This document shows positions 21,341-30,898 of a stretch of 64,000 bases of DNA, piece after piece. Source of the stretch: Nitrospinales bacterium (GTDB lineage Bacteria; Nitrospinota; Nitrospinia; Nitrospinales; VA-1). The stretch is taken from the NCBI GenBank assembly GCA_965223795.1, contig CBDCXL010000001.1, positions 64,001 to 128,000 of the forward strand, given 5' to 3'. A program made the translations under genes and the position numbers. The notes under the pieces are model-generated. The model was given only the letters and a program-made list of their open reading frames with translations, was not told the DNA's origin and did no database searches. Within the stretch, counting starts at the first letter, position 1. The number at the start of each line of letters is the position of its first letter.

Positions 21341-21655
21341 GTGGCGGAAACCCAATCCTTTTCGGGGGAGACTGTGCGGTTCATCCTGACCATCCTGTCC
21401 CTGCCTTTGTTTCTCTGGGCGGCGGCACACTACGATCTGGAGCTTCTTGAAATCGGCTGGCTCGGCTGGGGGTGCGTGTTTCTCCTCTACGTGTGGGCCG
21501 TCCTGTGGGCGCTCGACGCGCAGGTCAATAAAGCCCGTCCGGGCGATTATTCCACCGGCGGCGCCGGAGGCTATGGCAGCGACGGCGGCTGGGGCGGCGG
21601 TATTGGAGGCGGTGGCTGCGACGGTGGGGGTGGCGGCGGAGACGGCGGCTGCTAG
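21341..21655 (+). CDS. Hypothetical membrane protein with Gly-rich tail
   Basis: aagga RBS; two hydrophobic helices; tail ...GGGGCDGGGGGGDGGC. Confidence 0.6.
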   Translation: MAETQSFSGETVRFILTILSLPLFLWAAAHYDLELLEIGWLGWGCVFLLYVWAVLWALDAQVNKARPGDYSTGGAGGYGSDGGWGGGIGGGGCDGGGGGGDGGC

Positions 21656-21702
21656 CGCGCAATGTAGGTTGAGTGAATGATCATTCATTTCTGAAGTTTT
21701 TC

Positions 21703-23460
21703 ATGTCCTTCCAGTTATACAAACGCCTGTTTTCCTTCATCCGGCCTTATTTCCCGAAGCTGCTGCTGGCGATCCTGTTTTCCATCGGCGTCGGCGCCAT
21801 CGCCACGTCACCGGTGCCCATCATTCAGAAAACCTTCGATAAAATATTCGTCGAAAAAGACGCGTTGATGCTGACGGTGCTGCCGCTGGCGCTCGCGGGT
21901 CTTTATTTCCTGAAAGGCATTCTGCAGTACACGGCCAATCGCATCATCCTGGGTATCTCGTGGGAGCTGGTGGTCTCGGTGCGGCAGAAGCTGTTCGCGC
22001 ACATCCACCGGCTGCCGTTCGATTTTTTCGAGGCGCACGAGACCGGGCACCTGATTTCCCGCATCATCAACGACGTGACGATCATGCAGTCGACGGTGAC
22101 GCGGCTGCTCAAGGAATTCATGCAGAACAGCGTCATGGCGATCGCCCTGATCGGCTGGGTGTTCTATCTCAAGTGGCAGTGGGCGCTGGCGGCGCTGGTC
22201 GTCTTTCCGTTGATGGCGCTTCCCATCTCCAGTATTTCCAGAAAGCTCAAACGGCTGAGCCACCGGGGGCAGGAAATCCTGGCGGACATCAACTCGACGA
22301 TTCTCGAATCGATCTCCGGCGTCAAGGTGGTGCGGGCGTTCGGCCTGGAGCCGAGGGAGGTGAAAAAATTCGAGGGCTACAGCACGGATTTTCTCACCGT
22401 GATGAAGAAGAACGTGAAGTACATCGAGATCATCTCGCCGCTCATGGAATTTCTCGGTGTGGCGAGCGCGGCGGTGGTGCTGTGGTATGGCGGCAGCCAG
22501 GTGCTGGCGGGCGAGGTGACGCAGGGCACGTTCATCGCGTTCATCGTGGCGCTGTTCATGCTGTACGGTCCGTTGCGGCTGCTGTTCAAGATCTACGCCA
22601 ACTTCCAGGTGGCGCTGGCCGGGGCGGAGCGCGTGTTCGCCGTTCTCGACAAGCCTGTGGAAAAGGACGCGCCGGGCCGGAAAGAGCTCACCGGCTTTCA
22701 GGATCGCATCGAATTTCAAAATGTGTCGTTCCGCTATCCCTCGCGGCAGGCGCTGGTGCTCAAGGACATCGACCTCACGGTGAACAAGTCCGAGGTGCTC
22801 GCCATCGTCGGCATGAGCGGCGCGGGCAAGACCACGCTGGTGGATCTTTTGTTTCGCTACTTCAATCCGACGAGTGGCGCGATCCGGATCGACGGCACCG
22901 ACATTCGGGAATTCTCGCACGTGTCGCTGCGCAAGAACCTGGCGCTGGTCACGCAGGAGACGTTTCTGTTCAACGACACGATCGCCAACAACATCGCGTT
23001 CGGCCGGCCGGACGCCACGTACGCGGAAATCCTCGAAGCGGCGCAGGCCGCGCATGTGGACACGTTCGCGTCCGCCCTGGACGACGGCTACGACACGATG
23101 ATCGGCGAACGCGGCGTCAAGCTTTCGGGCGGGCAGCGGCAGCGCATCGCCATCGCCCGCGCCATTCTGCGCGACGCGCCCATCCTGGTGCTGGACGAGG
23201 CCACCTCGTCGCTCGATTCGGAATCGGAAAAACTGGTGCAGGATGCGCTCAAGCGGCTGATGCAGCACCGCACGACCTTCGTCATCGCGCACCGGCTGTC
23301 CACGATCAAGCACGCGGACCGCATCGTGGTGCTCGACGCCGGGGAGATCGTCGAGACCGGGACGCACGACACGCTGCTCGAACGCAGCGGCCTGTACCAG
23401 AAATATTTCGAGATGCAGTTTGTCGATGTGGGCGAACTGGGCAAGCGGACGAAAGGCTGA
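21703..23460 (+). CDS. MsbA-like ABC exporter (permease + ATPase)
   Basis: Six-TM domain, GMSGAGKTT, LSGGQRQR, LDEATS, IAHRLST; start could be up to 21673. Confidence 0.92.
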   Translation: MSFQLYKRLFSFIRPYFPKLLLAILFSIGVGAIATSPVPIIQKTFDKIFVEKDALMLTVLPLALAGLYFLKGILQYTANRIILGISWELVVSVRQKLFAHIHRLPFDFFEAHETGHLISRIINDVTIMQSTVTRLLKEFMQNSVMAIALIGWVFYLKWQWALAALVVFPLMALPISSISRKLKRLSHRGQEILADINSTILESISGVKVVRAFGLEPREVKKFEGYSTDFLTVMKKNVKYIEIISPLMEFLGVASAAVVLWYGGSQVLAGEVTQGTFIAFIVALFMLYGPLRLLFKIYANFQVALAGAERVFAVLDKPVEKDAPGRKELTGFQDRIEFQNVSFRYPSRQALVLKDIDLTVNKSEVLAIVGMSGAGKTTLVDLLFRYFNPTSGAIRIDGTDIREFSHVSLRKNLALVTQETFLFNDTIANNIAFGRPDATYAEILEAAQAAHVDTFASALDDGYDTMIGERGVKLSGGQRQRIAIARAILRDAPILVLDEATSSLDSESEKLVQDALKRLMQHRTTFVIAHRLSTIKHADRIVVLDAGEIVETGTHDTLLERSGLYQKYFEMQFVDVGELGKRTKG

Positions 23461-23465
23461 GCCGC

Positions 23466-24512
23466 ATGCGTTTTGAAAAAGTCTGCATCGAAGCGTTGGG
23501 GTATCACCTGCCGGACAACCGCGTCACGTCCGACGATCTGGAACGCCGGCTGGCGCCGCTCTATGAGCGGTTGAAGCTGCCGTTCGGGCGGCTGGAGATG
23601 ATGAGCGGCATCCGCGAGCGGCGCTTCTGGGACAAGGGGGTGTTTCCCAGCGAAATCGCTTCCGTCGCGGGCGAGCGGACCCTCGAAAAATCCGGCATCG
23701 ACCGCTCCCGCATCCAGTGTCTGATATCGGCCTCGGTGTGCCGCGATTTTCTCGAACCGGCCACCGCTTCCTTGATCCACCACAACCTCGGACTGCCCCG
23801 GCAGGCCTACGTGTTCGATCTGTCCAACGCCTGTCTGGGCGTGCTCAACGGTATCGTGCACATCGCCACGATGATCGAAATGGGACAGATTGAGGCCGGG
23901 CTCGTGGTGGCGGGCGAGAACGGCGGCCCGCTGGTGCTCAACACGATCGATACGCTGCTGTCGCGTCCCGATGTGACGCGCAACGAGATCAAATCCTCCT
24001 TCGCGTCGCTCACCATCGGCTCCGCCGCCGTGGGCGTGCTGCTGACGCACGCGGACCTGTCCCGCACCGGGCACCGCCTGCTGGGCGGCGCTTCCTATGC
24101 CGCGACCGAGTTCAACGACCTGTGCCGCGGCAACGACGACAGCGGCGCGGCTTCGGACTGGGCCCCGCTCATGGAAACCGATTCGGAGCGGCTGATGCGC
24201 GAAGGCTGCAAGCTCGCCGGGGAAACCTGGCACGGCGTGCGCGGCATCCTGGGCTGGCATAACGAGGACGTGGACCGGGTGTTCTGCCATCAGGTGGGTT
24301 CCATGCACCGCAAGCTGTTGTATGAAACCGTGGGGCTGCCGCTGGAAAAGGATTTTTCCACGCTGGAATTTCTCGGCAACACGGGAGCCGCGTCGCTGCC
24401 GGTCACACTGGCCTTGGGGGAGGAGCAAAACGCCATTAAACGCGGCGACAAGGCGGCCCTGCTCGGCATCGGCAGCGGCCTCAACTGCCTGATGCTCGGC
24501 GTGCAATGGTGA
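23466..24512 (+). CDS. oleA: OleA-like acyl-CoA condensing enzyme (3-oxoacyl-ACP synthase III family)
   Basis: SGIRERR, EPATA, catalytic NACLG, HQVG, GNTG and C-terminal GIGSGLNC..W typical of OleA. Confidence 0.8.
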   Translation: MRFEKVCIEALGYHLPDNRVTSDDLERRLAPLYERLKLPFGRLEMMSGIRERRFWDKGVFPSEIASVAGERTLEKSGIDRSRIQCLISASVCRDFLEPATASLIHHNLGLPRQAYVFDLSNACLGVLNGIVHIATMIEMGQIEAGLVVAGENGGPLVLNTIDTLLSRPDVTRNEIKSSFASLTIGSAAVGVLLTHADLSRTGHRLLGGASYAATEFNDLCRGNDDSGAASDWAPLMETDSERLMREGCKLAGETWHGVRGILGWHNEDVDRVFCHQVGSMHRKLLYETVGLPLEKDFSTLEFLGNTGAASLPVTLALGEEQNAIKRGDKAALLGIGSGLNCLMLGVQW

Positions 24513-25387
24513 GCGAAGCGTTCCGCGCACTGTATCCTTACGAGTCCCGCTACCTGAAACTGGGAACGCTGGGCTACCATTATCTGGACGAGGGCAAGGG
24601 CGACGTGCTGCTGATGCTGCACGGCAACCCCACCTGGTCGTTCCATTTCCGCAATCTGATATTGGGGCTGCGTCACCGCTACCGCTGCGTGGTTCCCGAC
24701 CACATCGGCTGCGGCTTTTCCGACAAGCCGCTCGACTACAATTACACCCTGTCACAGCACATCGACAACCTGGAAGCGCTGGCCGATTCGCTGAAATTGA
24801 AAAACATCACGCTGGTGATGCACGACTGGGGCGGCGCCATCGGCATGGGCTTCGCGGTGCGGCGGCCCGACGCGGTGCGCCGGCTGGTGGTGTTCAACAC
24901 GGCGGCGTTTCTTTCCGACCGCATTCCATTCAGCATCGACCTGTGCCGGCATCCGAAGTTCGGCCCGTTCGCGGTGCTCAAGCTCAACGCCTTTGTGCGC
25001 GGTGCGCTGATCCGTGCCCCAAAACACAAGGACCGCATGACGCGCGACGTGAAGGCGGGCTACCTGTCGCCGTACCCGACTCCGGAAAGCCGCATCGGCA
25101 TTCTGCGTTTCGTGCAGGACATCCCGATGACGCCGGACATTCCCAGCTATCCCGTGGTGAAGGACATGCAGGACAACCTGGCCTGGTTCCGCGACCGGCC
25201 GACGCTCATCGTCTGGGGGAAAAAGGATTTCTGCTTCACCGGCCATTTTCTGAAGCGCTGGAAGGAATACCTGCCGGACGCCGAGGTGCACGAAGTGGCG
25301 GACGCGGGGCATTTCGTGGTGGAGGACGCCTACGAGCGCATCGTGCCCTGGATGCTGGCGTTTCTGGAGCGCCATCCGGCCGGATGA
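24506..25387 (+). CDS. oleB: OleB-like alpha/beta hydrolase (haloalkane dehalogenase fold, beta-lactone decarboxylase)
   Basis: HGNPTWSF, HDWGG, FVQDIP, WGKKDFCF, GHFVVED; overlaps the oleA stop. Confidence 0.75.
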   Translation: MVSEAFRALYPYESRYLKLGTLGYHYLDEGKGDVLLMLHGNPTWSFHFRNLILGLRHRYRCVVPDHIGCGFSDKPLDYNYTLSQHIDNLEALADSLKLKNITLVMHDWGGAIGMGFAVRRPDAVRRLVVFNTAAFLSDRIPFSIDLCRHPKFGPFAVLKLNAFVRGALIRAPKHKDRMTRDVKAGYLSPYPTPESRIGILRFVQDIPMTPDIPSYPVVKDMQDNLAWFRDRPTLIVWGKKDFCFTGHFLKRWKEYLPDAEVHEVADAGHFVVEDAYERIVPWMLAFLERHPAG

Positions 25388-25422
25388 AACCGCTATCGGA
25401 GCCGGTATTCTGACAATGGGGC

Positions 25423-25451
25423 TTGACAACGCTCCGGCCGCGGGGTATCTC
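25423..25451 (+). promoter_or_regulatory. Possible sigma-70 promoter of the metal cluster
   Basis: ttgaca-17 nt-tatctc; ATG 25458 starts 7 nt after the -10 (possibly leaderless). Confidence 0.4.
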
Positions 25452-25457
25452 TTGAGC

Positions 25458-25871
25458 ATGCGCAAAGTTTCCCACATGCTGCCGAAGGCCGTATTTTTGC
25501 TGGTTCTGCTGGGCTTTCTGTTTCCCATGAAAGCGCCGGCTTCCATGGCCAAGGGAAAGATGTGCTGCAAGGGCACCTGCTGGATGAAGGCCGCGCCCGT
25601 GAAGGTGTCGGGTGAGCGCCACGGCAAACGGATGATTTCCTGCTGCCAGAAAAACTGCGCGGGTGTTTCCGACCGCAGAGCGGTGCCGCCGTCCATCCAG
25701 ACCCAATCTAAAGTTATCGCGAAAACTTTGAACTCCGGCGACGCTTTGCTGTCGCAGTTGTCGCCGCCGGAAGCCGGTTCCGGGCGGCTGTATTTTCCGC
25801 TTCACTTTCCTCTGAACCGCAACGGGACATCCCGTCCCCTTTTTCAGGTGCATTCCGTCTACCTGATTTGA
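25458..25871 (+). CDS. Secreted Cys-rich small protein, candidate regulatory upstream ORF
   Basis: Signal peptide; MCCKGTC and SCCQKNC motifs; Pro-containing C-terminal part ending PLFQVHSVYLI. Confidence 0.65.
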   Translation: MRKVSHMLPKAVFLLVLLGFLFPMKAPASMAKGKMCCKGTCWMKAAPVKVSGERHGKRMISCCQKNCAGVSDRRAVPPSIQTQSKVIAKTLNSGDALLSQLSPPEAGSGRLYFPLHFPLNRNGTSRPLFQVHSVYLI

Positions 25872-25878
25872 GATCCCG

Positions 25879-25952
25879 CCTTTTTTGAATCCCTGATTAA
25901 TCCATTCTTTCCTGTTTATCACAGGGAGAAGACCGTTCTGATTTAAAAAAGG
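25879..25952 (+). promoter_or_regulatory. Stem-loop overlapping the ribosome-binding site of the downstream transporter gene
   Basis: ccttttttgaatc (25879-25891) pairs with gatttaaaaaagg (25940-25952); inner stem tttcctgt/acagggag. Confidence 0.65.
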
Positions 25953-25962
25953 AAGGTGCGAC

Positions 25963-26868
25963 ATGAGATCGATTTCCATACGCCGGATGATTCCGGCGGC
26001 ACTGACAGTCTGCATGGCTTTGACCTCCGTTCCCGCCCAGGCGCTGCCCATCAACAGCGACCTGGGGTTGACGCCGCACAAGGGGGAATTCATTTTCCGC
26101 ATTCAGGGGAAATACCTCCGCAAGGGCGAGGATCCCACGGGGCAGGGGCGGACCGTGGATGAGTACGTGGTTCCCTTTGTCGGCGTGTACGGATTCACGT
26201 CCAAAACCTCCATGCTCGTCAATCTGCCCTACATCCACCGGGAACTGAAATCCCCGAACAGCGCCCGCCGCCGCGATCACGGCATCGGCGATCTGACCCT
26301 GCTTGGCAAACACCGGATCTTCACGCATAATTTCAAAGGCGGGACGTCGCGGCTGTCGCTCATTGGCGGGCTGGAACTGCCCACCGGGGACGACGATGAG
26401 GCCGACTCCCAGGGGCCGCTGCCCAAGTCGCTGCAACTGGGATCGGGGTCGGTGGATTTTCAGGCCGGCGGGGCGTTCACGTATCAGACCCTGGATCACG
26501 AACTGGACGCGGATCTGCGCTATATCTTCAATCAGGAAGCCAACGATTTTGAGTTCGGCGATGTGTTCCGTTACAACCTGGCGTACCAGCGGCGGATCTG
26601 GCCGTCCATCCTTCCGGACAAGGGGATTTACAGCCAGTGGAACGCGGTTCTGGAGCTCAACGGCCTGTATGAACAGCGGGCCGAGTCCCAGGGCAACGAC
26701 GTCGCCAACTCCGGCGGGCACACTCTGTACCTGTCTCCGGGGATTCAGTTCGTCAGCAAACGGGCGGTGTATGAGTTTTCCTTTCAGTATCCGATCGTGC
26801 AGGAGCTGAACGGCCTGCAACTGGAGGCGGATTATTCGCTGGTTCTCAGTTTCCGTTATATTTTATAA
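25963..26868 (+). CDS. Putative outer-membrane beta-barrel transporter (MetA-pathway/SphA-like)
   Basis: Signal peptide; GIGDLTL, LELPTG, LGSGSVD, LYLSPGIQ; alternating C-terminal strand LSFRYIL. Confidence 0.7.
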   Translation: MRSISIRRMIPAALTVCMALTSVPAQALPINSDLGLTPHKGEFIFRIQGKYLRKGEDPTGQGRTVDEYVVPFVGVYGFTSKTSMLVNLPYIHRELKSPNSARRRDHGIGDLTLLGKHRIFTHNFKGGTSRLSLIGGLELPTGDDDEADSQGPLPKSLQLGSGSVDFQAGGAFTYQTLDHELDADLRYIFNQEANDFEFGDVFRYNLAYQRRIWPSILPDKGIYSQWNAVLELNGLYEQRAESQGNDVANSGGHTLYLSPGIQFVSKRAVYEFSFQYPIVQELNGLQLEADYSLVLSFRYIL

Positions 26869-26911
26869 ACATCGCTTGCGAGCAAGCGGTTTTCCGATAG
26901 GAGTGTGAGCC

Positions 26912-27238
26912 GTGAATAAAAATCTGAAACCTTTTACCGCTGTCTTGTTTTTCGTGCTGCTGTTTCATGGGTTGCCTGTATGGGCGAATAAGACCGTCGA
27001 TGTCATCACCATCAAGGTGGAGGGGCTGTACTGCCCGTTCTGCGCCTACGGTCTGGAAAAGCAGTTGAAGAAGCTCGATGGCTACCAGAAGGTGGAGGTC
27101 AACCTCAAGCACGGGGTGGCCGAGTTGTACGTCGATTCCAGCGCCGCGATTTCGGATACGAGCATCCGCAAGGCGGTGGAGGATGCCGGGTTCGATTCCG
27201 CTTCCATCGAGAGACGCAGGGTGGAGCCTAAAGAATGA
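26912..27238 (+). CDS. Periplasmic heavy-metal-associated (HMA) domain protein
   Basis: Signal peptide; VEGLYCPFCAYGLEK; AVEDAGF. Confidence 0.88.
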   Translation: MNKNLKPFTAVLFFVLLFHGLPVWANKTVDVITIKVEGLYCPFCAYGLEKQLKKLDGYQKVEVNLKHGVAELYVDSSAAISDTSIRKAVEDAGFDSASIERRRVEPKE

Positions 27239-28248
27239 AGCGGATCGTTCGGCTGTCGGTCGTTCTCATTGTGCTTGTGCTGGCAGCCGAAGTTCACGGG
27301 CAGTCCGCCTCCCTTTCTTCCGTTTTCGAATTCGGGAAAAAGGGAGGCGGTCCCGGTGAATTCAACGAGCCGTTCGCGATCGCGCTGGATCGCTCCGGGC
27401 GCGTGTTCGCCGCCGATGCCCGCAACCACCGGGTCCAGGTGTTCGATGCCAGCGGGCGGTTTGTCGAGCAGTGGGGCAGCCAGGGGGACGGGCCGGGGCA
27501 ATTTGAAAAACCGTCCGGCATCGCGGTCGATCCTCAGGGAAACGTGTACGTGGCCGATTACGACCTCGACCGCATTCAGAAATTCGATGCCCGGGGGACG
27601 TTACTCCGGCAATGGGGCAGCGCGGGTTCCGGGCCGGGGCAGTTCAATTCGCCGACGGGGCTGGCGGCCGATTCCGCCGGGCAGGTTTACGTGGCGGACA
27701 TGTACAACCACCGCGTGCAGAAATTCGATGCGCAGGGAAACCTGCTACGTCACTGGGGTTCGTACCACCCGATTTCGGTGATCAAATCTTTTTTCAATTT
27801 TCTGTTCTGCCGGGAAGCCGAAGGGCTGTTCAATTACCCCGCCCGCATTGCCGTGGACGGAGAGGACCGCGTATTCGTTTCGGATTCCTACAACAACCGG
27901 GTGCAGGTGTTTTCCGGCGAGGGGGAATTTATCTCCCAATTCGGCGGCGTGGGTTCCTGGGGAGGGCGTTTTCGAGTGAGCTCGGGCGTTGCCGTAGGGC
28001 CAGAGGGCCGTGTGTTCGCGGCGGATTTTTACAACCACCGCGTGCAGGTGTTTTCCGGGGACGGCGATTTTCTTGCTGAGCTGGGTGGAGAGGGCAGCGC
28101 GCCGGGTCAGTTCCGGGGGCCCACCGATCTGGCCGTGGATGCTTCGGGGCGGGTGTGGGTCGCGGACTGGGACAACCACCGCGTGCAGGTTTTGCAATGG
28201 CTGGATGGGGATGTGAACGTCTCCGCGCAAACGCTGTCCGATGAATGA
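27235..28248 (+). CDS. Exported NHL-repeat beta-propeller protein
   Basis: Six GQF..P.GIAVD..G.VYVAD..NHRVQ repeats; signal peptide. Confidence 0.9.
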   Translation: MKRIVRLSVVLIVLVLAAEVHGQSASLSSVFEFGKKGGGPGEFNEPFAIALDRSGRVFAADARNHRVQVFDASGRFVEQWGSQGDGPGQFEKPSGIAVDPQGNVYVADYDLDRIQKFDARGTLLRQWGSAGSGPGQFNSPTGLAADSAGQVYVADMYNHRVQKFDAQGNLLRHWGSYHPISVIKSFFNFLFCREAEGLFNYPARIAVDGEDRVFVSDSYNNRVQVFSGEGEFISQFGGVGSWGGRFRVSSGVAVGPEGRVFAADFYNHRVQVFSGDGDFLAELGGEGSAPGQFRGPTDLAVDASGRVWVADWDNHRVQVLQWLDGDVNVSAQTLSDE

Positions 28249-28254
28249 ATCCGC

Positions 28255-28581
28255 ATGAAGATCGAATTTTTCTATTTTACCGAGTGCGCGAATCACGAAG
28301 CGGCCTGGCTGCGTTTGCGGCAGGTTCTGAAACAGGAACATATTGAGGCCGATGTCACCAGGATAGACGTGACCTCGGAGGACATGGCTCAAGCGTGCCG
28401 GTTTCCCGGATCGCCGACGATCCGCATAAACGGAATCGACATCGATCCGCAAGCGCCCGCGGAATTCGGCATGAAATGCAGAATCTACCCGACTGCGGAA
28501 GGGCCTTCCGGCATTCCTGCGGAAGCGATGATCCGGGAAGCTCTTCGCAAAACGGGAAACAAGGGAAAAGGCGGGCAATAA
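28255..28581 (+). CDS. Small thioredoxin-like protein (DF-family/DUF2703-like)
   Basis: YFTECANH, FPGSPTIRINGID, CRIY motifs. Confidence 0.7.
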   Translation: MKIEFFYFTECANHEAAWLRLRQVLKQEHIEADVTRIDVTSEDMAQACRFPGSPTIRINGIDIDPQAPAEFGMKCRIYPTAEGPSGIPAEAMIREALRKTGNKGKGGQ

Positions 28582-28610
28582 AAAATCCCCTCCCCGGCGG
28601 GGGAGGGGAT
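28580..28610 (-). terminator. Intrinsic terminator of ahcY (possibly bidirectional)
   Basis: atcccctcccc-ggcg-ggggaggggat preceded by an A6 run. Confidence 0.75.
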
Positions 28611-28629
28611 GCGTGTTTGTTCGTTTGGC

Positions 28630-29937
28630 TCAGTAGCGGTAGAACTCCGGCTTGTAGGGGCCTTCGACCGGGATATTGAGGTATTCGGCCTGGTCCTTGG
28701 TGAGCTTAGTCAGCTTGACGCCCAGCTTATCCAGATGCAGCCGCGCCACTTCCTCGTCGAGCTTTTTCGGCAGCGTGTAGACGCCGATCTCGTATTTGTT
28801 CTTGTACAGCTCGATCTGCGCCAGCACCTGATTGGTGAAGGAGTTGGACATCACGAACGAGGGATGGCCGGTGGCGCAGCCCAGGTTCACCAGCCGCCCT
28901 TCCGCCAGCAGGATGATGCTGTTGCCGTTGGGAAAGGTGTACTTGTCCACCTGCGGCTTGATGTTGGTCTTCTGGATTTTCGGGAAATTGTTCAGCTGCT
29001 CCACCTGGATCTCGATGTCGAAATGGCCGATGTTGCAGACGATGGCGTCGTCCTTCATCTTTTCCATGTGCTCGATGCGGACGATGTCCTTGCAGCCGGT
29101 GGTGGTGACGAAGATGTTGCCTTCGTTCACCGCGTCTTCCATCGTGGTGACCTCGTAGCCTTCCATCGCCGCCTGCAGGGCGCAGATCGGGTCGATTTCG
29201 GTGACCAGCACGCGCGCGCCGAGGTCGCGCATGGACTTGGCGCAGCCCTTGCCGACGTCGCCGTAGCCCGCGACCACGACCACCTTGCCCGCCACCATGA
29301 TGTCGGTGGCGCGCTTGATGCCGTCGGCCAGCGATTCGCGGCAGCCGTAGAGGTTGTCGAATTTCGATTTGGTCACCGAGTCGTTGACGTTCATGGCGGG
29401 CGTTTTCAGGGTTTTGTCCTGCACCATCTTGTAGAGCTTGTGCACGCCGGTGGTGGTCTCCTCGGTGATGCCCTTGATCTGCTCCATCAGTTCGGGGTGG
29501 TTCTTGTGCACGTAATAGGTCAGGTCGCCGCCGTCGTCCAGGATCATGTTGGGGCCCTGGTCGTTGTCGAACAGCAGGGTCTGGCCGGTGCACCACCAGT
29601 ATTCGTCCTCGGTTTCCCCCTTCCAGGCGAACACGGGGATGCCCTTTTTCGCGATCGCCGCGGCCGCGTGGTCCTGGGTCGAGAAAATGTTGCAGGAGGC
29701 CCAGCGCACCTCGGCCCCGAGCTCGATCAGTGTTTCGATGAGGACGGCGGTCTGGATGGTCATGTGCAGGGAACCGGCGATCCGCGCGCCTTTGAGCGGC
29801 TTGGACTTTCCGTATTTCTCCCGCAGCGCCATCAATCCGGGCATTTCCTTCTCGGCCAGGATGATTTCCTCGCGTCCCCAGTCGGCAAGGGAAAGATCGG
29901 CTACTTTAAATTTTTCAGCGGCAAGGGCTGTGGACAT
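28630..29937 (-). CDS. ahcY: Adenosylhomocysteinase
   Basis: [58 protein letters not shown]. Confidence 0.98.
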   Translation of the reverse strand: MSTALAAEKFKVADLSLADWGREEIILAEKEMPGLMALREKYGKSKPLKGARIAGSLHMTIQTAVLIETLIELGAEVRWASCNIFSTQDHAAAAIAKKGIPVFAWKGETEDEYWWCTGQTLLFDNDQGPNMILDDGGDLTYYVHKNHPELMEQIKGITEETTTGVHKLYKMVQDKTLKTPAMNVNDSVTKSKFDNLYGCRESLADGIKRATDIMVAGKVVVVAGYGDVGKGCAKSMRDLGARVLVTEIDPICALQAAMEGYEVTTMEDAVNEGNIFVTTTGCKDIVRIEHMEKMKDDAIVCNIGHFDIEIQVEQLNNFPKIQKTNIKPQVDKYTFPNGNSIILLAEGRLVNLGCATGHPSFVMSNSFTNQVLAQIELYKNKYEIGVYTLPKKLDEEVARLHLDKLGVKLTKLTKDQAEYLNIPVEGPYKPEFYRY

Positions 29938-30207
29938 GCGTGACTCCTCCGTGTTTGATGAGTGGTTCGATGTGACGTCGGGCTATTTTTCCCTGGGGTT
30001 CCCAGGGAACCGGTAGTATAACTTCCTGTAAAGGTTTTGGTTAACCGGCGGCAGGTAAGGTCCCAACTCCTTTAGTGTAAAGGAATTTCAGGAAATCGTC
30101 CAGAACAACCTTGGCAAAGGGGCGCAAAAACCGCCCGATCCGCCCTGCGACTGATTTACAGTGAAACCTGGCCCCGAAAACCGGCGGCGAACCCCAGGCG
30201 AGAGAGC

Positions 30208-30522
30208 ATGATCGAAGTCACCGACGTCAAGATCTATCCCTTCGATGTGGGGGATGACGCTTATAACGTAAAAGCTTACGCGGACGTCACGCTGGCGGGC
30301 TGCCTGACGCTGAAAGGCGTCCGCGTCATGGAAACCCGGCACGGCGGGCTGTTCATCAGCTTTCCCTCGCAGCGGGGCCGGCGCGACGGCGAATTTCGCG
30401 ATCTCATCGTGCCGGAGACCGCCGAGTTCAAAGCCTACCTACGCGACCAGGTGGTCGCCGTCTACAAGGAGGCCGTCGGCTGGCAGCCGAAGGACGAACG
30501 GGACCCGCCGGAGGGTGGGTGA
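30208..30522 (+). CDS. spoVG: SpoVG family nucleic-acid-binding protein
   Basis: EVTDVKI, KAYADVT, GLFISFPS, GEFRDLIVP. Confidence 0.85.
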   Translation: MIEVTDVKIYPFDVGDDAYNVKAYADVTLAGCLTLKGVRVMETRHGGLFISFPSQRGRRDGEFRDLIVPETAEFKAYLRDQVVAVYKEAVGWQPKDERDPPEGG

Positions 30523-30536
30523 TTGGAAAATCATCC

Positions 30537-30861
30537 TCGCGCAAAGTCGCCAAGCCACCTTCAGGATCTTGGTAAGCGGGTGCCAAACTATGCTTGGCGA
30601 AGACGCAAAGGAAAGACTTGAGGCGGGGGTGCAGGATAGAAACCTTTGGGTGAAAAGCAAAAACGAAAACCAATTTGAACCGCAAAGACGCAAAGGACGC
30701 AAAGCCCCCCTCACCTTCATCCTCTCCCCCCAGAGGGGGGAGAGGAGATTGATTTAAAACTCTCGCGATTGGTTTCAGCCCCCCAACAGGCAAGTAGTTT
30801 TTTTCAAACAAAAAATTTGAAAAACCCCTCTCCCCTGGAGGGAGAGGGCAGGGTGAGGGGG
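30537..30861. repeat. Cluster of short repeats (cgcaaag family C; ccctctccc/gggagaggg..gggtgagggg family B)
   Basis: Family C at 30537 and 30678-30704; family B at 30705-30746 and, inverted, at 30825-30861. Confidence 0.75.
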
Positions 30862-30898
30862 AATGAAAAAGATACTATCGTTTGCAGTTTTCTCGATA

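Noticed and set aside
21960..24512. 850-aa ORF suggesting a large fusion ending in OleA
   Set aside because: The first ~500 codons are an off-frame overlap of the ABC exporter; the OleA-like sequence begins at ATG 23466
27340..28200. Recurring caaccaccgcgtgcag DNA repeats
   Set aside because: Explained by the NHL protein repeats (NHRVQ) of the coding sequence
28255..28581. Selenocysteine recoding in the thioredoxin-like protein
   Set aside because: The motif position is an ordinary Cys codon (tgc); no in-frame TGA
29938..30090. Possible SAH or SAM riboswitch upstream of ahcY
   Set aside because: Only a simple ttccctggg/cccagggaa hairpin after a tatact -10; no recognisable riboswitch consensus
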